Source: an uncultured bacterium
GTDB lineage: Bacteria > Patescibacteriota > Minisyncoccia > UBA6257 > GWB1-50-10
Assembly (NCBI GenBank): GCA_963722655.1
Contig: CAVRNT010000001.1
Span: 98,612-162,611 of the forward strand
Direction: 5' to 3'
Length of the DNA stretch: 64,000 nt
The notes beneath the pieces are model-generated. The model ran no database searches. It saw only the letters and a list, made by a program, of their open reading frames with translations, and was not told the DNA's origin. The translations under genes were made by a program, and so were the position numbers. Shown here piece by piece: positions 1 to 9,533 of this stretch. Position 1 is the stretch's first letter. Every line of letters begins with the position of its first letter.

Positions 1-110
1 GGCTTTACATCGCGAAGAACATCGTCGAAGGCCACGGCGGAAAGATCGGCGTCACGTCCGAGCCGGGACGCGGTAGCGAGTTTTGGTTCACCCTCCCGGT
101 CAAGAGATAG
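1..110 (+). CDS. Sensor histidine kinase, C-terminal HATPase_c fragment (5' truncated by window edge)
   Basis: Frame from nt 3 reads [35 protein letters not shown], the typical end of a histidine kinase ATPase domain. Confidence 0.9.
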   Translation, partial: LYIAKNIVEGHGGKIGVTSEPGRGSEFWFTLPVKR

Positions 111-113
111 ATC

Positions 114-653
114 ATGTCTGGTCACAGCCATTGGAAGCAGATCAAGATCCAAAAGGCGGTCACGGACAAAAAGAGGGGCGCCTCCTTCGGGAAGCTCTTG
201 AACGCGGTCTCAATCGCCGCTCGGGGGGAATCGAACCCGGACTTCAATCCCCGCCTCCGGACGCTCGTCGCGAAGGCCCGCGGGATCCAAGTCCCGCAGG
301 AGAACATCGACCGGGCGATCCAAAAGGCCAAGGATAAAAGCGCGAACCTGGAGGAGATTGTTCTAGAGTGCTATGGCCCGGGCGGGATCGCCGTTTTGAT
401 CAACGCGATCACCGACAACAGTAACCGGACTGTGAACGAGGTTAAGTTGACTCTCAAGGATTTCGGCACCAAGCTCGCCGAGCCGGGCAGCGTCCGTTGG
501 GGCTTCGAACCCAAAGGCGACGAATTCGGGGCCGTGCAGCCCAAGTTCACCCAAGACCCCGGCGCGGAGCGAGGTAAACTAGAGGCCATGATCGAGGCGC
601 TTGAGTACCTAGAAGATGTTCAGGCGGTCACGACGAACGCTTCACCACAATGA
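114..653 (+). CDS. yebC: YebC/PmpR (TACO1) family protein, short form
   Basis: MSGHSHWKQIK start, NPRLR, YGPGGIAV..TDNSNRT motifs; adjacent to ruvC. Confidence 0.93.
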   Translation: MSGHSHWKQIKIQKAVTDKKRGASFGKLLNAVSIAARGESNPDFNPRLRTLVAKARGIQVPQENIDRAIQKAKDKSANLEEIVLECYGPGGIAVLINAITDNSNRTVNEVKLTLKDFGTKLAEPGSVRWGFEPKGDEFGAVQPKFTQDPGAERGKLEAMIEALEYLEDVQAVTTNASPQ

Positions 654-1129
654 AGGTCAGGATACTGGGCATCGATCCCGGCACGACCCGCATCGGCTAC
701 GGCCTCATTGAAAAGACCGGGATGGATCTGCGGCACGTCGAAAGCGGGCTTCTGCCTGTCCCGCCGAGCGGTCTCTCGCCGGCTGACCGGCTGTTGAAGA
801 TCGAATCCGCCCTCGGGGCGCTCATCGAAAGGGCGAAACCTAACATCGTGGGCGTCGAGAAGCTGTTCTTCACCAAGAACAAGAAAACGGCGATGCGGGT
901 CGCCGAGGCGCGCGGGGTCATATTGAAGACCGTGGCCCAAGCCGGGGTCCTCCTCGCCGAGGTGTCGCCCTCGGCCGTGAAGATCGCTGTCACGAGCGAC
1001 GGTCGGGCCGACAAGAAAGCGGTCGCCAAGATGACGAACCTGATTTTGCACATCCCGCCCCGCAGGGTGGTGGACGACGTGACGGACGCTCTCGCGATCG
1101 CCGTTGCCGCGAGCTCGAGCTACCCTTAA
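650..1129 (+). CDS. ruvC: Holliday junction resolvase RuvC
   Basis: ILGIDPG, VEKLFF, ARGVI, KIAVTSDGRADK, DDVTDALAIA motifs. Confidence 0.95.
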   Translation: MKVRILGIDPGTTRIGYGLIEKTGMDLRHVESGLLPVPPSGLSPADRLLKIESALGALIERAKPNIVGVEKLFFTKNKKTAMRVAEARGVILKTVAQAGVLLAEVSPSAVKIAVTSDGRADKKAVAKMTNLILHIPPRRVVDDVTDALAIAVAASSSYP

Positions 1130-1131
1130 GA

Positions 1132-3603
1132 TCAGTGGTAAACGATTATATTGACTGAATTCGAGACCCCGGAAATATCCGTGGCCTTTATTGTTATCAG
1201 GTTTTGCGCCTCCAGGGAGTTGGCGACCACGTAGTTCAACGAGTAGTTCGTTCCTGCGACCTGAATGGTCTTCAGAACGGCGCCGTTCAGATCGATCTCC
1301 ACCGACGTGAGGTTAGTGACCGAAGAGATGTCGGCTCTCACATTGAGCGGTGAGGCGGCGAAAGATCCGTTCGTCGGGTAGACGTTCCCGATCGTCGCGC
1401 CGCTCCCTCCGCTTTGACTTCCCCAAGCGGCGGCTGGAACGGGTTTGTTGTACGTGGTGGCGAAGTCCGGAATGTTCGCTGCGGCCCAACTTAAGACCCC
1501 CGTCTCCCAATTGGTAAACTGGGGATCGTTAGCTGGATTCTGGGGTACCGGGCCCAAGGGGTCGCTTTTGTCAACGTAATAGAGCAGATCGTGGATCTGG
1601 GGGTAATTCACCCCGCCCACGGAAGGGTTCGCGATGTAGCTGCCGTTCAGCATCGGCTTGGACGATGGCGGGAGCGGGTCGGGGTGATTGAAGAGCTCCG
1701 GCGGATAGTTCGGGAGCACCTGGTTCAAGAAGGCGCTCCACATCGGGACGGCGGCCAAGATGCTGCTGCCGCTCCGCTGCATCGGCGTATTATCGCTGTT
1801 CCCCGCCCAAACGCCGACGGCGAGCGACGGGGTGTACCCGAAAGCCCAAGCGTCGCGATAATCGTTCGTGGTACCGGTTTTGAGGGCCACGTCGCGCCCC
1901 GGAAACACGGTAAGGGGCAAACTGGCCCCCATGAGCCCTGCCCGAAGGTCGACGTCGGAGAGGATCTGGTTCACGAGCCGGGGATACTCCAGGTCGACGA
2001 CGCGGGAAGAGCTATCGTTGTACGATTCAAGGACGTTGCCGCTGCTGTCCTTGACCTCAAGGACCATCGCCTGGGCGTGATGGACCCCCTCCGTGGCCAA
2101 GGTCGAGTAAGCGCCGACAAGGTCGGCCAACTTCACTTCCCCGCCACCGAGGACTAGGGAGAGGCCGTAGCGCCACGGCTCGGTGAGCGTCGTGACGCCG
2201 AACTGATTAAGGGTGTTGATGAGGTTTTGGAGACCGACGAGGTAGAGGACCTTAACGGCGGCGACGTTCACTGACTGGGCCAAGGCTTGGGCGAAGGGGA
2301 TGGGCCCTTGGAACGGATCGAAATCCTGGGGATGGAAGCATTCGCTGTTCGGGTCCGCCGGTGCGTCGAAGTTCGGAATGGCCGGGCAGTTGGGATCGTT
2401 CGAGACGAACTCGGTCGGGACGTCGAAGACCATTGTACTCGGCGAATAACCCTTCTCGAAGGCTAGGGTGTAGGCGAATGGTTTCAAACTCGATCCGGGC
2501 TGGCGCAGACCCTGGAGGGCGACGTCGAAGTTACCGTCAATGGCCGCGTTGAAATAATCGGCTGAACCGACGAGGGCGAGAATCTGACCGGTCTTCGGGT
2601 CTTCAGCCACCAAACTCCCGTTCGTGCTCGCGTAAAGTTTGGTGTTTCGGGCGACCCCGTCCGTCACCGCCTTCTCGGCGGCCTGCTGCATCGGCCAATC
2701 GAGCGTCGTCGTGACCTTGAGCCCGCCGTTCAGGACCTCGTCCTCGCCGTACTTGCCGACGAGATAGTCTTTGACCGCGAGAACGAAGTGGGGGGCCTTG
2801 ATGGTCCCGAGGGAGGCCGGCGCGAAGGTTATCGTTTGGGCTTTGGCCGCATCGCGCTCTTTGGCCGTGATGTAACCCAACTCGGCCATTCGGTCTAAAG
2901 CGTAATCCTTCCGGGCCAAGAGCTCCGAAACATGGTCGCCCCAAGGCGAGTAATAGCTCGGAGCTTGGGGAAGGGAGGCGAGGACGGCGGACTCGGCGAG
3001 CGTCAGGTTATTGGCGGATTTGTTGAAATAGGTCTGGCTGGCGGCCTCGATACCGTAGGCATTCGAGCCATAAGGAATCTGGTTAAGGTAAAAATCAAGT
3101 ATCTGGTCCTTGGAGTATTTCGTCTCGAGCTCGAAAGCGAGGATTATCTCGTTCACCTTGCGGGTGATGGTCTTCTCCGGGGAAAGGAAGGCGTTTCGGG
3201 CGAGCTGTTGGGTGATGGTCGACGCGCCCTGGACGAAGCCGCCGGCCCGAACGTCGGCCCAAACGGCTCGGAGAATACCAAGAGGGTCGATGGCCGGTCG
3301 GGTGTAGAAGCTAGCGTCTTCAAGGGCGATGGTCGCCTCCTTGACGGTGGAGGGGATGTCGGTGAATGGGACCACCGTCCGCTTCTCCTCACCGTGAATC
3401 TCGTAGAGAAGGGTGGTGTCGGTGCGATCGTAGATCTTGGTGGACTGGCTGACTTCCCGAGTGGAGAACTGCTCCGGCGTCGGGAGGGTTCTGATCGCGA
3501 TCACGACGTAAACCGTGCCAGCGACGGCCACGCTCACGGCGAAAAAAAATCCCAGAACTAGGATTGAGAGCCAGAGCTTGCGACGGTTACCAAATCGTTC
3601 CAC
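1132..3603 (-). CDS. Class A penicillin-binding protein (PBP1A family) with C-terminal Ig-like domain
   Basis: N-terminal TM; transglycosylase motifs EDASFY, GASTITQQLARN, RKVNE; transpeptidase SSLK, SVN, KTGT. Confidence 0.95.
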   Translation of the reverse strand: MERFGNRRKLWLSILVLGFFFAVSVAVAGTVYVVIAIRTLPTPEQFSTREVSQSTKIYDRTDTTLLYEIHGEEKRTVVPFTDIPSTVKEATIALEDASFYTRPAIDPLGILRAVWADVRAGGFVQGASTITQQLARNAFLSPEKTITRKVNEIILAFELETKYSKDQILDFYLNQIPYGSNAYGIEAASQTYFNKSANNLTLAESAVLASLPQAPSYYSPWGDHVSELLARKDYALDRMAELGYITAKERDAAKAQTITFAPASLGTIKAPHFVLAVKDYLVGKYGEDEVLNGGLKVTTTLDWPMQQAAEKAVTDGVARNTKLYASTNGSLVAEDPKTGQILALVGSADYFNAAIDGNFDVALQGLRQPGSSLKPFAYTLAFEKGYSPSTMVFDVPTEFVSNDPNCPAIPNFDAPADPNSECFHPQDFDPFQGPIPFAQALAQSVNVAAVKVLYLVGLQNLINTLNQFGVTTLTEPWRYGLSLVLGGGEVKLADLVGAYSTLATEGVHHAQAMVLEVKDSSGNVLESYNDSSSRVVDLEYPRLVNQILSDVDLRAGLMGASLPLTVFPGRDVALKTGTTNDYRDAWAFGYTPSLAVGVWAGNSDNTPMQRSGSSILAAVPMWSAFLNQVLPNYPPELFNHPDPLPPSSKPMLNGSYIANPSVGGVNYPQIHDLLYYVDKSDPLGPVPQNPANDPQFTNWETGVLSWAAANIPDFATTYNKPVPAAAWGSQSGGSGATIGNVYPTNGSFAASPLNVRADISSVTNLTSVEIDLNGAVLKTIQVAGTNYSLNYVVANSLEAQNLITIKATDISGVSNSVNIIVYH

Positions 3604-3646
3604 AGATTTATCTTATAACGCTTTATCGCGACTGACCAGAGAAAAG

Positions 3647-3672
3647 AAAACACCGCCGGGGAGCGGTGTTTT
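3647..3672 (-). terminator. Intrinsic terminator hairpin
   Basis: AAAACACCGC-cgggga-GCGGTGTTTT just downstream of the 3686-3868 gene. Confidence 0.7.
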
Positions 3673-3685
3673 CGTGGGGGTCGTT

Positions 3686-3868
3686 TTAATATTCCTCCGG
3701 TTCTATGTCGTCGCCTTGGTAATCGTTGCTCCCGACGCTCGAACCGGAATCCTCTCCCGGCAAGCCGATCTCTTCGGGCGTTTCCACCACTTCGTCCCCA
3801 CCTTCCTCAATGAGATCGTCGTCGTTTTTCGCTGACATCTTAGGGGGATTTAAAACAAACGTTTCCAT
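3686..3868 (-). CDS. Small, highly acidic hypothetical protein (start may be the internal ATG at 3838)
   Basis: 60-aa D/E-rich ORF with its own TTGACA-N16-TATACT promoter (3908-3935) and terminator. Confidence 0.55.
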   Translation of the reverse strand: METFVLNPPKMSAKNDDDLIEEGGDEVVETPEEIGLPGEDSGSSVGSNDYQGDDIEPEEY

Positions 3869-3945
3869 AGTCGCTGATATTCTCGACCTTTTGAACTCAA
3901 TGGGGAGAGTATAGGAAAGTATTTTAAATTGTCAACGGTCCGGCC

Positions 3946-5049
3946 CTAGCCCTTGATGGGCATCGCGACGTAGGTGGTGGTTTTGTCGCCTTCGCCGCTC
4001 AAGACGATTGGTTTTTCCGATGAGTTGAAGCCTAGGACGACGTTCCCGGTCCTTTGGATCTTCAGCCCGTCCAAGATGTAGCGCCAATTGAAGACGATTG
4101 AGAACTTGTCGCCGGAAAGCTTCACCGGAACTTTGTAGTTGTTCTCGCCGACCGAGGCGTCCGCCGCGTAGATCTCGAGGAACTTTTTATTCTCTCCGAT
4201 CCGGATTGTGATGTCATTGCTTTTACCCGAGAAGGTGCTCGCCAGTTTCACCGCGTTCAATATCTCCTGCTTGTCCAGAACGACCTTCGTCTTGCAGTCC
4301 TTCGGCACCACCGCCTTATAGTCCGGGAATTTTCCGTCGATGAGACGGGAGACCAAACGCCTGTTTTGGTCCTTGAACATCGCTTGGTTCTGATCGAGGA
4401 ACACTTCAATGGGTTCGCTGTCGCCGAAAACCCTCGGTATCTCACTCGCGGTCTTGAGGGGGAGGATAACAGAAAAATCGGAGCGTTTCCCCTCAATCTT
4501 CTCGCCGCTCAAGGTCCTTTCCGCCAAACGAAAACCGTCGGTCGCGACGAACTCGATCTCTTCGCCGTCGAACGCGATGAGCACGCCGCTGATCTCCGGC
4601 CGGATTTCCGAATACTGGGCGGAGGTGATCACGCTCCCAATCGCCTCCCGGAGCTCCTTGGCGTCGATCTTGAACGGCTCCCCGCCGTCGACGGCGGGAA
4701 TAATCGGGAAGTCGCCGGCATCCTGACCCTGGATTACCGCCTCGTAGTTGTCGGTGGTGACGGTGATTTTACCGCCCTTCTCCTCGATCGCGACCCGTTC
4801 GGCGGCGAGATTTCTCAAGATCGAGCTGAAGACCGAGAACGGTGCCGCCACCGCGCCGGATTCTATAATTTTTCCCGGGACGACGCACTCGACCGCCAAC
4901 TCGAGGTTCGTCGAGGTGAGAATGATCCTTCCGCCGTCGGTCTTGAAGAGGAAACTTTTAAGGATCGGCAAATTGGAATTTTCCCCGACGCCGCGCTCAA
5001 TAACCCCAAGGGCCTCTATTAAGTTCGTTCTTAGTATTATTAACTTCAT
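3946..5049 (-). CDS. dnaN: DNA polymerase III beta clamp
   Basis: STNLE, VATDGFRLA, SRLIDGKFPDY, C-terminal MPIK; downstream of dnaA. Confidence 0.97.
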   Translation of the reverse strand: MKLIILRTNLIEALGVIERGVGENSNLPILKSFLFKTDGGRIILTSTNLELAVECVVPGKIIESGAVAAPFSVFSSILRNLAAERVAIEEKGGKITVTTDNYEAVIQGQDAGDFPIIPAVDGGEPFKIDAKELREAIGSVITSAQYSEIRPEISGVLIAFDGEEIEFVATDGFRLAERTLSGEKIEGKRSDFSVILPLKTASEIPRVFGDSEPIEVFLDQNQAMFKDQNRRLVSRLIDGKFPDYKAVVPKDCKTKVVLDKQEILNAVKLASTFSGKSNDITIRIGENKKFLEIYAADASVGENNYKVPVKLSGDKFSIVFNWRYILDGLKIQRTGNVVLGFNSSEKPIVLSGEGDKTTTYVAMPIKG

Positions 5050-5212
5050 AGTAGTCGTAGTAGATGAGCCGTTTATGTGGAAAAGTCTTCTTCTTCTGAT
5101 TTTTATTGAGGTTTCGAGTGTTTTATATTTTGAAAACTGTTGATAATCGGTTGCGCTGTGTTGATGCTTTTACGCCACCTCCCCGAAAGCTCAGTTTTTC
5201 AAAACAGGACAT
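5050..5212. other. Replication origin oriC (DnaA boxes plus DnaA-trio unwinding element)
   Basis: Minus strand: TTATCAACA (5138-5146), TTTTCCACA (5076-5084), then GGC and TAC-TAC-GAC-TAC-TAT triplets running into the dnaN ATG; lies in the dnaA-dnaN gap. Confidence 0.8.
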
Positions 5213-6595
5213 TCACATCTTATACAGCCGCTCCTTGATCAAAAGTATCTTCTGGTTCAACCCTGGATTTTGGCTCACCTCCCTGGTTATTTTATCGCAG
5301 GCGTGGATGGCAGTCGTGTGATCCCGTTTCCCCAACCGATCACCGATGTGAGGATAGGACATTTTAAGTATCTCGCGCATCAAATACATCGATATTTGAC
5401 GCGGCTCCACCACTTCTTGTTTGCGGCTCCTCTGGGTCATATCACCGACCGGCACCTCGAAGAATTCCGCAACCGTCTTTACGATGTCGTTCGGGGTGAT
5501 GTTCTTTGGTGTCACCTGGACGGCTTCGTTGATTATTTCATCCAACTTCTTGCCGTCCAAGCCACCCTTTTTATACTGGCTGTAGAAGGCCACCTTGTTC
5601 AAGACCCCCTCGAGCTCTCGGATGTTCTTTTGAACCCGGGCGGCGATCTGTTCCATCACCTTGTCCTCCACCACAACGCCCATCCCCTTGGATTTAGTCT
5701 TGAGTATTGCGAGGCGCATCTCGTAATCCGGATAGCCGATGTCGATGATCATCCCTCCTTCAAACCTCGACCGGAGACGCTCCTCGAGGGTGGGAATTGC
5801 GGAAGGCGGCCGGTCCGAGGAGATGATGATCTGTTTGTTGTTTTCGTAAAGAGTATTGAAGGTGTAGAAAAACTCCTGTTCGGTGGCGGTCTTGCCGCCG
5901 ATGAACTGGATGTCGTCGACGATGAGGACATCGATGTCGCGGTATTTTTTCTTCACGTCGTCCATCCGCTTGTTCCGGACCGCCCAAACGACGTCGTTGA
6001 TGAACTTCTCCGATGAGACGTAAAGGACCGCCACTTGATTCTTGTAGGTGTTCAAGATCTCGTTGCCGGTCGCTTGAATGATGTGGGTTTTACCGAGTCC
6101 GACGCCGCCGTAGAAAAAGAGCGGGTTGTACTTCTTCCCGACGTTCCTCACGACCGCCTGGGCGGCGGCGTAAGCCAGCTCGTTCGAGGAACCGACGATG
6201 AACGTCTTGAAGTCGTAGCGGGGGTTCAGGTTGGTCTTCGGGTCCGTCTTGAGCTCGATGAGCTCGGCTTGCGGCGCGACCACCTCTTGGGCGTCGCTCC
6301 GCGGTCTCTTGTTGGGGGCGCTCGCGGCCGGATTCGGATTGTTCTGGTTCACCACGACGTAGTCGATGTTCTTGATCGATCCGTCGAGGTTGCGCAGCGA
6401 CCCGAGGATGATCTTGTGGTACCGGCTCTTTACCCACTCTTTGGCGAAGTTGTTCGGCAAACCCACGAGCGCCACCCCCTCCCTGTCGTCCTTCCCGAGG
6501 AACTGGCTGTTCTTGAGCCAAGTTAAAAAATTCGGTCGGGAAATCTGAAGCTCGATATCTCCGAGAACTGTTTGCCAAACGTCTTTAGGATTCAT
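5213..6595 (-). CDS. dnaA: Chromosomal replication initiator DnaA
   Basis: YNPLFFYGGVGLGKTH, DDIQF, RLRSRFEGG, RELEG, RDHTTAIHA. Confidence 0.98.
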   Translation of the reverse strand: MNPKDVWQTVLGDIELQISRPNFLTWLKNSQFLGKDDREGVALVGLPNNFAKEWVKSRYHKIILGSLRNLDGSIKNIDYVVVNQNNPNPAASAPNKRPRSDAQEVVAPQAELIELKTDPKTNLNPRYDFKTFIVGSSNELAYAAAQAVVRNVGKKYNPLFFYGGVGLGKTHIIQATGNEILNTYKNQVAVLYVSSEKFINDVVWAVRNKRMDDVKKKYRDIDVLIVDDIQFIGGKTATEQEFFYTFNTLYENNKQIIISSDRPPSAIPTLEERLRSRFEGGMIIDIGYPDYEMRLAILKTKSKGMGVVVEDKVMEQIAARVQKNIRELEGVLNKVAFYSQYKKGGLDGKKLDEIINEAVQVTPKNITPNDIVKTVAEFFEVPVGDMTQRSRKQEVVEPRQISMYLMREILKMSYPHIGDRLGKRDHTTAIHACDKITREVSQNPGLNQKILLIKERLYKM

Positions 6596-6835
6596 CCTGT
6601 TATTAGAAGCTTGGTTTTGGGAAAACTTCGACTGGTTTCAATAAATCGATTTGGAAAATTGAGTTCAAGTTTATTTTTACCAAAGCCTCTAACAGGATTC
6701 ATGATCTTTTAACGGTTTGCACTTCAGGTTCATCATAGTGATATTTTGGGACGGCGCAACGTTGCGATAAGACCCTAACTGTGCTTTAATTGTGCATTAT
6801 CTGTTGATAGTCGCAACGGGGTATAATCAGAAAAG

Positions 6836-6970
6836 ATGAGCGTCACTTATCAGCCGAAAAAGAGAAAGCGAGCGCGGACCCACGGGTTCATTCGCCGGAA
6901 GGGGTCGGCGACCGGCCGCGGCGTCCTTAAGGCTCGCCGCCGCAAGGGCCGCCGCCGGCTCACGGTTTAA
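6836..6970 (+). CDS. rpmH: 50S ribosomal protein L34 (not in the ORF track)
   Basis: Manual translation [44 protein letters not shown]; divergent from dnaA. Confidence 0.96.
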   Translation: MSVTYQPKKRKRARTHGFIRRKGSATGRGVLKARRRKGRRRLTV

Positions 6971-6972
6971 GC

Positions 6973-7230
6973 GTGGAACTCTCGCTTAAATCGAGGGCTT
7001 GCCGGAGCGGCCGGCCGAAGGTCTTGGTGGTGGTCGGAAAGGCGACCCTTAAAAAGGCCTCGGCGCGCAATCTCCTCAAAAGGCGCCTCCGGGCGCTCCT
7101 CGCGCGGCAGGCGCTCGCGAACCGGACGGACCTGACTATCTACATCAAAGGGAGAGCGGGAAAGATCGGCTTCAGCGAGCTTAAAGAGAGATTGGCTGGA
7201 GCATTTAAAAAACATGGGAGCGATTTTTGA
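6973..7230 (+). CDS. rnpA: Ribonuclease P protein component, short form
   Basis: KKASARNLLKRRLR (RNR-like motif); rpmH-rnpA-yidC synteny. Confidence 0.85.
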   Translation: MELSLKSRACRSGRPKVLVVVGKATLKKASARNLLKRRLRALLARQALANRTDLTIYIKGRAGKIGFSELKERLAGAFKKHGSDF

Positions 7231-7873
7231 CGCCATAATCTATCAACCGATCCTCTGGGTATTGGTCTTTTTGTATCAAAACGCCTCTTTCGGCGACCTC
7301 GGAGTCGCGATTATCCTCCTTACGATAATTGTCCGGTTGATTCTCCTTCCGCTTTTCTACAAGGGGGCCAAAGACCAGACTGTCCTCCAGCGACTTCAGC
7401 CACACATCAAGAAGATCCAGTTGGACCACAAGGACGACAAGGAGAAACAGGCGCGGGCGATGATGGAACTCTATAAGACGAACAAGGTCAATCCGTTCTC
7501 CGGTTTTCTCCTCCTTCTTCTCCAGCTTCCCATCTTCATAGCCCTCTTCGAGATATTCACCAAAGGGATAACGTCGGTCGGTTTCGCTAACCCAACCCTC
7601 TTCGGGATGGACTTGGCGGCGAAGAGTATCGTCCTCGCGGCGGTCGCGGCCGCCCTCCAGTACCTTCAGGCGCGTCTTACGATGCCGACGAAGAGCATGG
7701 AGACCGCCCAGCGGATGATGGTGTTTTTGGGACCGGCAGTGACGATTATTGTCCTTTGGAACCTCCCGGCGGCCCTCAGCCTGTACTGGAGCGTCTCAAA
7801 CTTGTTTTCCTTGGGCCAGCAGGTCTATATTAATAAAAAACTCGCTCCCCTGCCGGACGAGCCGAAGAAATAA
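7214..7873 (+). CDS. yidC: YidC/Oxa1 membrane protein insertase
   Basis: GVAIILLTIIVRLILLPL, MELYK..VNP..G.L.LLLQLPIF, PAALSLYWSVSN. Confidence 0.95.
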   Translation: MGAIFDAIIYQPILWVLVFLYQNASFGDLGVAIILLTIIVRLILLPLFYKGAKDQTVLQRLQPHIKKIQLDHKDDKEKQARAMMELYKTNKVNPFSGFLLLLLQLPIFIALFEIFTKGITSVGFANPTLFGMDLAAKSIVLAAVAAALQYLQARLTMPTKSMETAQRMMVFLGPAVTIIVLWNLPAALSLYWSVSNLFSLGQQVYINKKLAPLPDEPKK

Positions 7874-7878
7874 CGACA

Positions 7879-8307
7879 ATGGACCTCAAAGAACAGGTAC
7901 AATCACTGGTTGAGAAAATGGGCTTCCCGGAAGCCCAAATTTCCGTCGATGACGAACACCACAAGGTCTCGATCGTTATTGATGACGAAGCGGTGCGGGC
8001 CCAACTCCCCAATCTCCTGCCGGCCCTGGAGCATCTCGTGAACCTCATCCTCCGCAAAGTGAAATCCCCGGCCTACGTCGTGGATTTGAATTACTACCGC
8101 CGCGAGCGCGAGCGGCTCATCGTCGAGCTAGCGAAGGCCGCCGCGAAGAAGGCGGCAATGACGAAGGGCGAAGTGGCCCTGCCCCCGATGAACGCCTACG
8201 AAAGGCGTTTGGTCCACGTGGAGATATCGACGAACCCCGACCTTAAGACCGAGAGCGTCGGCGCCGGCAAGGACCGGCACATCGTCATCCAGCCGACGAA
8301 CCTTTAA
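7879..8307 (+). CDS. Jag/KhpB-like R3H domain RNA-binding protein
   Basis: LPPMNAYERRLVH and TESVGAGKDRHIVI R3H motifs; follows yidC. Confidence 0.88.
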   Translation: MDLKEQVQSLVEKMGFPEAQISVDDEHHKVSIVIDDEAVRAQLPNLLPALEHLVNLILRKVKSPAYVVDLNYYRRERERLIVELAKAAAKKAAMTKGEVALPPMNAYERRLVHVEISTNPDLKTESVGAGKDRHIVIQPTNL

Positions 8308-9518
8308 TCCCCCGTTACGGGGATACTCCCACTTGCATTAGGCGTGGCGGGCAGCGGCAGCGGATTATTTCCGATATTGAGTGCATAGAGGTAGTTATCG
8401 AATCGGTTAATGAAATAAAGATTACCGCCGGCGATAGCCGGTTTTCCCGCGTCTAGCGGACCGCTGTTTGCGGCGAGCGGCAGAAGAGTGGAGACACCAC
8501 TTACGGTATCAACGCCGTAAAGGACGTCGTTGGAGTAGACCTTCCTCTCGAGATAATCGTCGGGCAGTGAGGCGCTCTTGAAATTGCTATTCGTCGGAAC
8601 GAAGCAATAAACGATCGAGCCGGAGTTCAGCGAGCACTTTGAGGGAAGAGTGATGAAAGGTATCGGCGCGACGTTCTGCAGGGTTTGACTCTTGAGGACC
8701 TGGAACCCGCTCGCCGAGGAATAGGTTATGAGAGTTGAACCATCATTCGTGAGTTCGGTGATTAGGCCGTTTAGCGGACCCATTAAGAGATTGATCGCGG
8801 ATGTTTTAATGTTAAAACTCCAAATCCTTCCACCATAGTTCGCGTTCCCCTTCTCCTTGATGAGGAGCGTGCTTGGCGGAACGAAATCAAATGAGGTGTC
8901 CAGTAATCGGAGGTCGTTCACAAGTACCCTTGGTTTCGGGGGCGTTTTTGTGAGGTCGAGCGTCACCAAATTGACATTAGACCCGTTCTGCTCGGTCGCC
9001 ACGAGCGTGTCGGAGTCCGCTCCCCAGGTCGCGTTCAAGATGTTAGCTGGCAGGGGTCGCCAAACCTGGTCAATGGCGTCGTAAATTCCCCAACTCGGCA
9101 GACGCGGGTCGCCGAAGGCGGCCAGGATGGATTTCCCATCCGGACTTTGTTTGATGAAGTTCACGGCGCTCACACCCTGCTGGGTGATCTGGGGATTCTT
9201 CTCTCCCGACTCGGCCTGCCAGACGATGCCACCTTGGTCCAAATAGAAGACCTCGCCCGTTCCTGGGTCGGTCCAGAAGAACGAAACCGGTTTATCCGAT
9301 ACCCTAATTAGAGCTCCGATAGTCGTCGTTGCTCCCACCGAGGGAATGCCACCGCCGCTAGTACTGGTACTGGTCAATCCGGCGAGGGGGAAATAGGGTG
9401 CGCTCGTCGGGCTGACCGGAGTCGGTTTCGTCGTAGTGCTCGTCCAGATAAAGTAAATTAAGAGACCAACAATTATAATCGCACTGACGACAATAATTAA
9501 TTTTACATAAGGTTTCAT
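8304..9518 (-). CDS. Membrane-anchored extracytoplasmic protein, probable beta-propeller
   Basis: N-terminal TM, Thr/Pro/Ser linker, beta-rich repeats (SPDGKSILA-type); last gene of the T4SS-like cluster. Confidence 0.65.
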   Translation of the reverse strand: MKPYVKLIIVVSAIIIVGLLIYFIWTSTTTKPTPVSPTSAPYFPLAGLTSTSTSGGGIPSVGATTTIGALIRVSDKPVSFFWTDPGTGEVFYLDQGGIVWQAESGEKNPQITQQGVSAVNFIKQSPDGKSILAAFGDPRLPSWGIYDAIDQVWRPLPANILNATWGADSDTLVATEQNGSNVNLVTLDLTKTPPKPRVLVNDLRLLDTSFDFVPPSTLLIKEKGNANYGGRIWSFNIKTSAINLLMGPLNGLITELTNDGSTLITYSSASGFQVLKSQTLQNVAPIPFITLPSKCSLNSGSIVYCFVPTNSNFKSASLPDDYLERKVYSNDVLYGVDTVSGVSTLLPLAANSGPLDAGKPAIAGGNLYFINRFDNYLYALNIGNNPLPLPATPNASGSIPVTGD

Positions 9519-9533
9519 GGCGATGATACGTCG

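Noticed and set aside
6596-6835. dnaA-rpmH gap as the unwinding origin
   Set aside because: Only weak box-like words (e.g. TGTTGATAG) and no trio array; it may hold accessory boxes, but the dnaA-dnaN gap fits better
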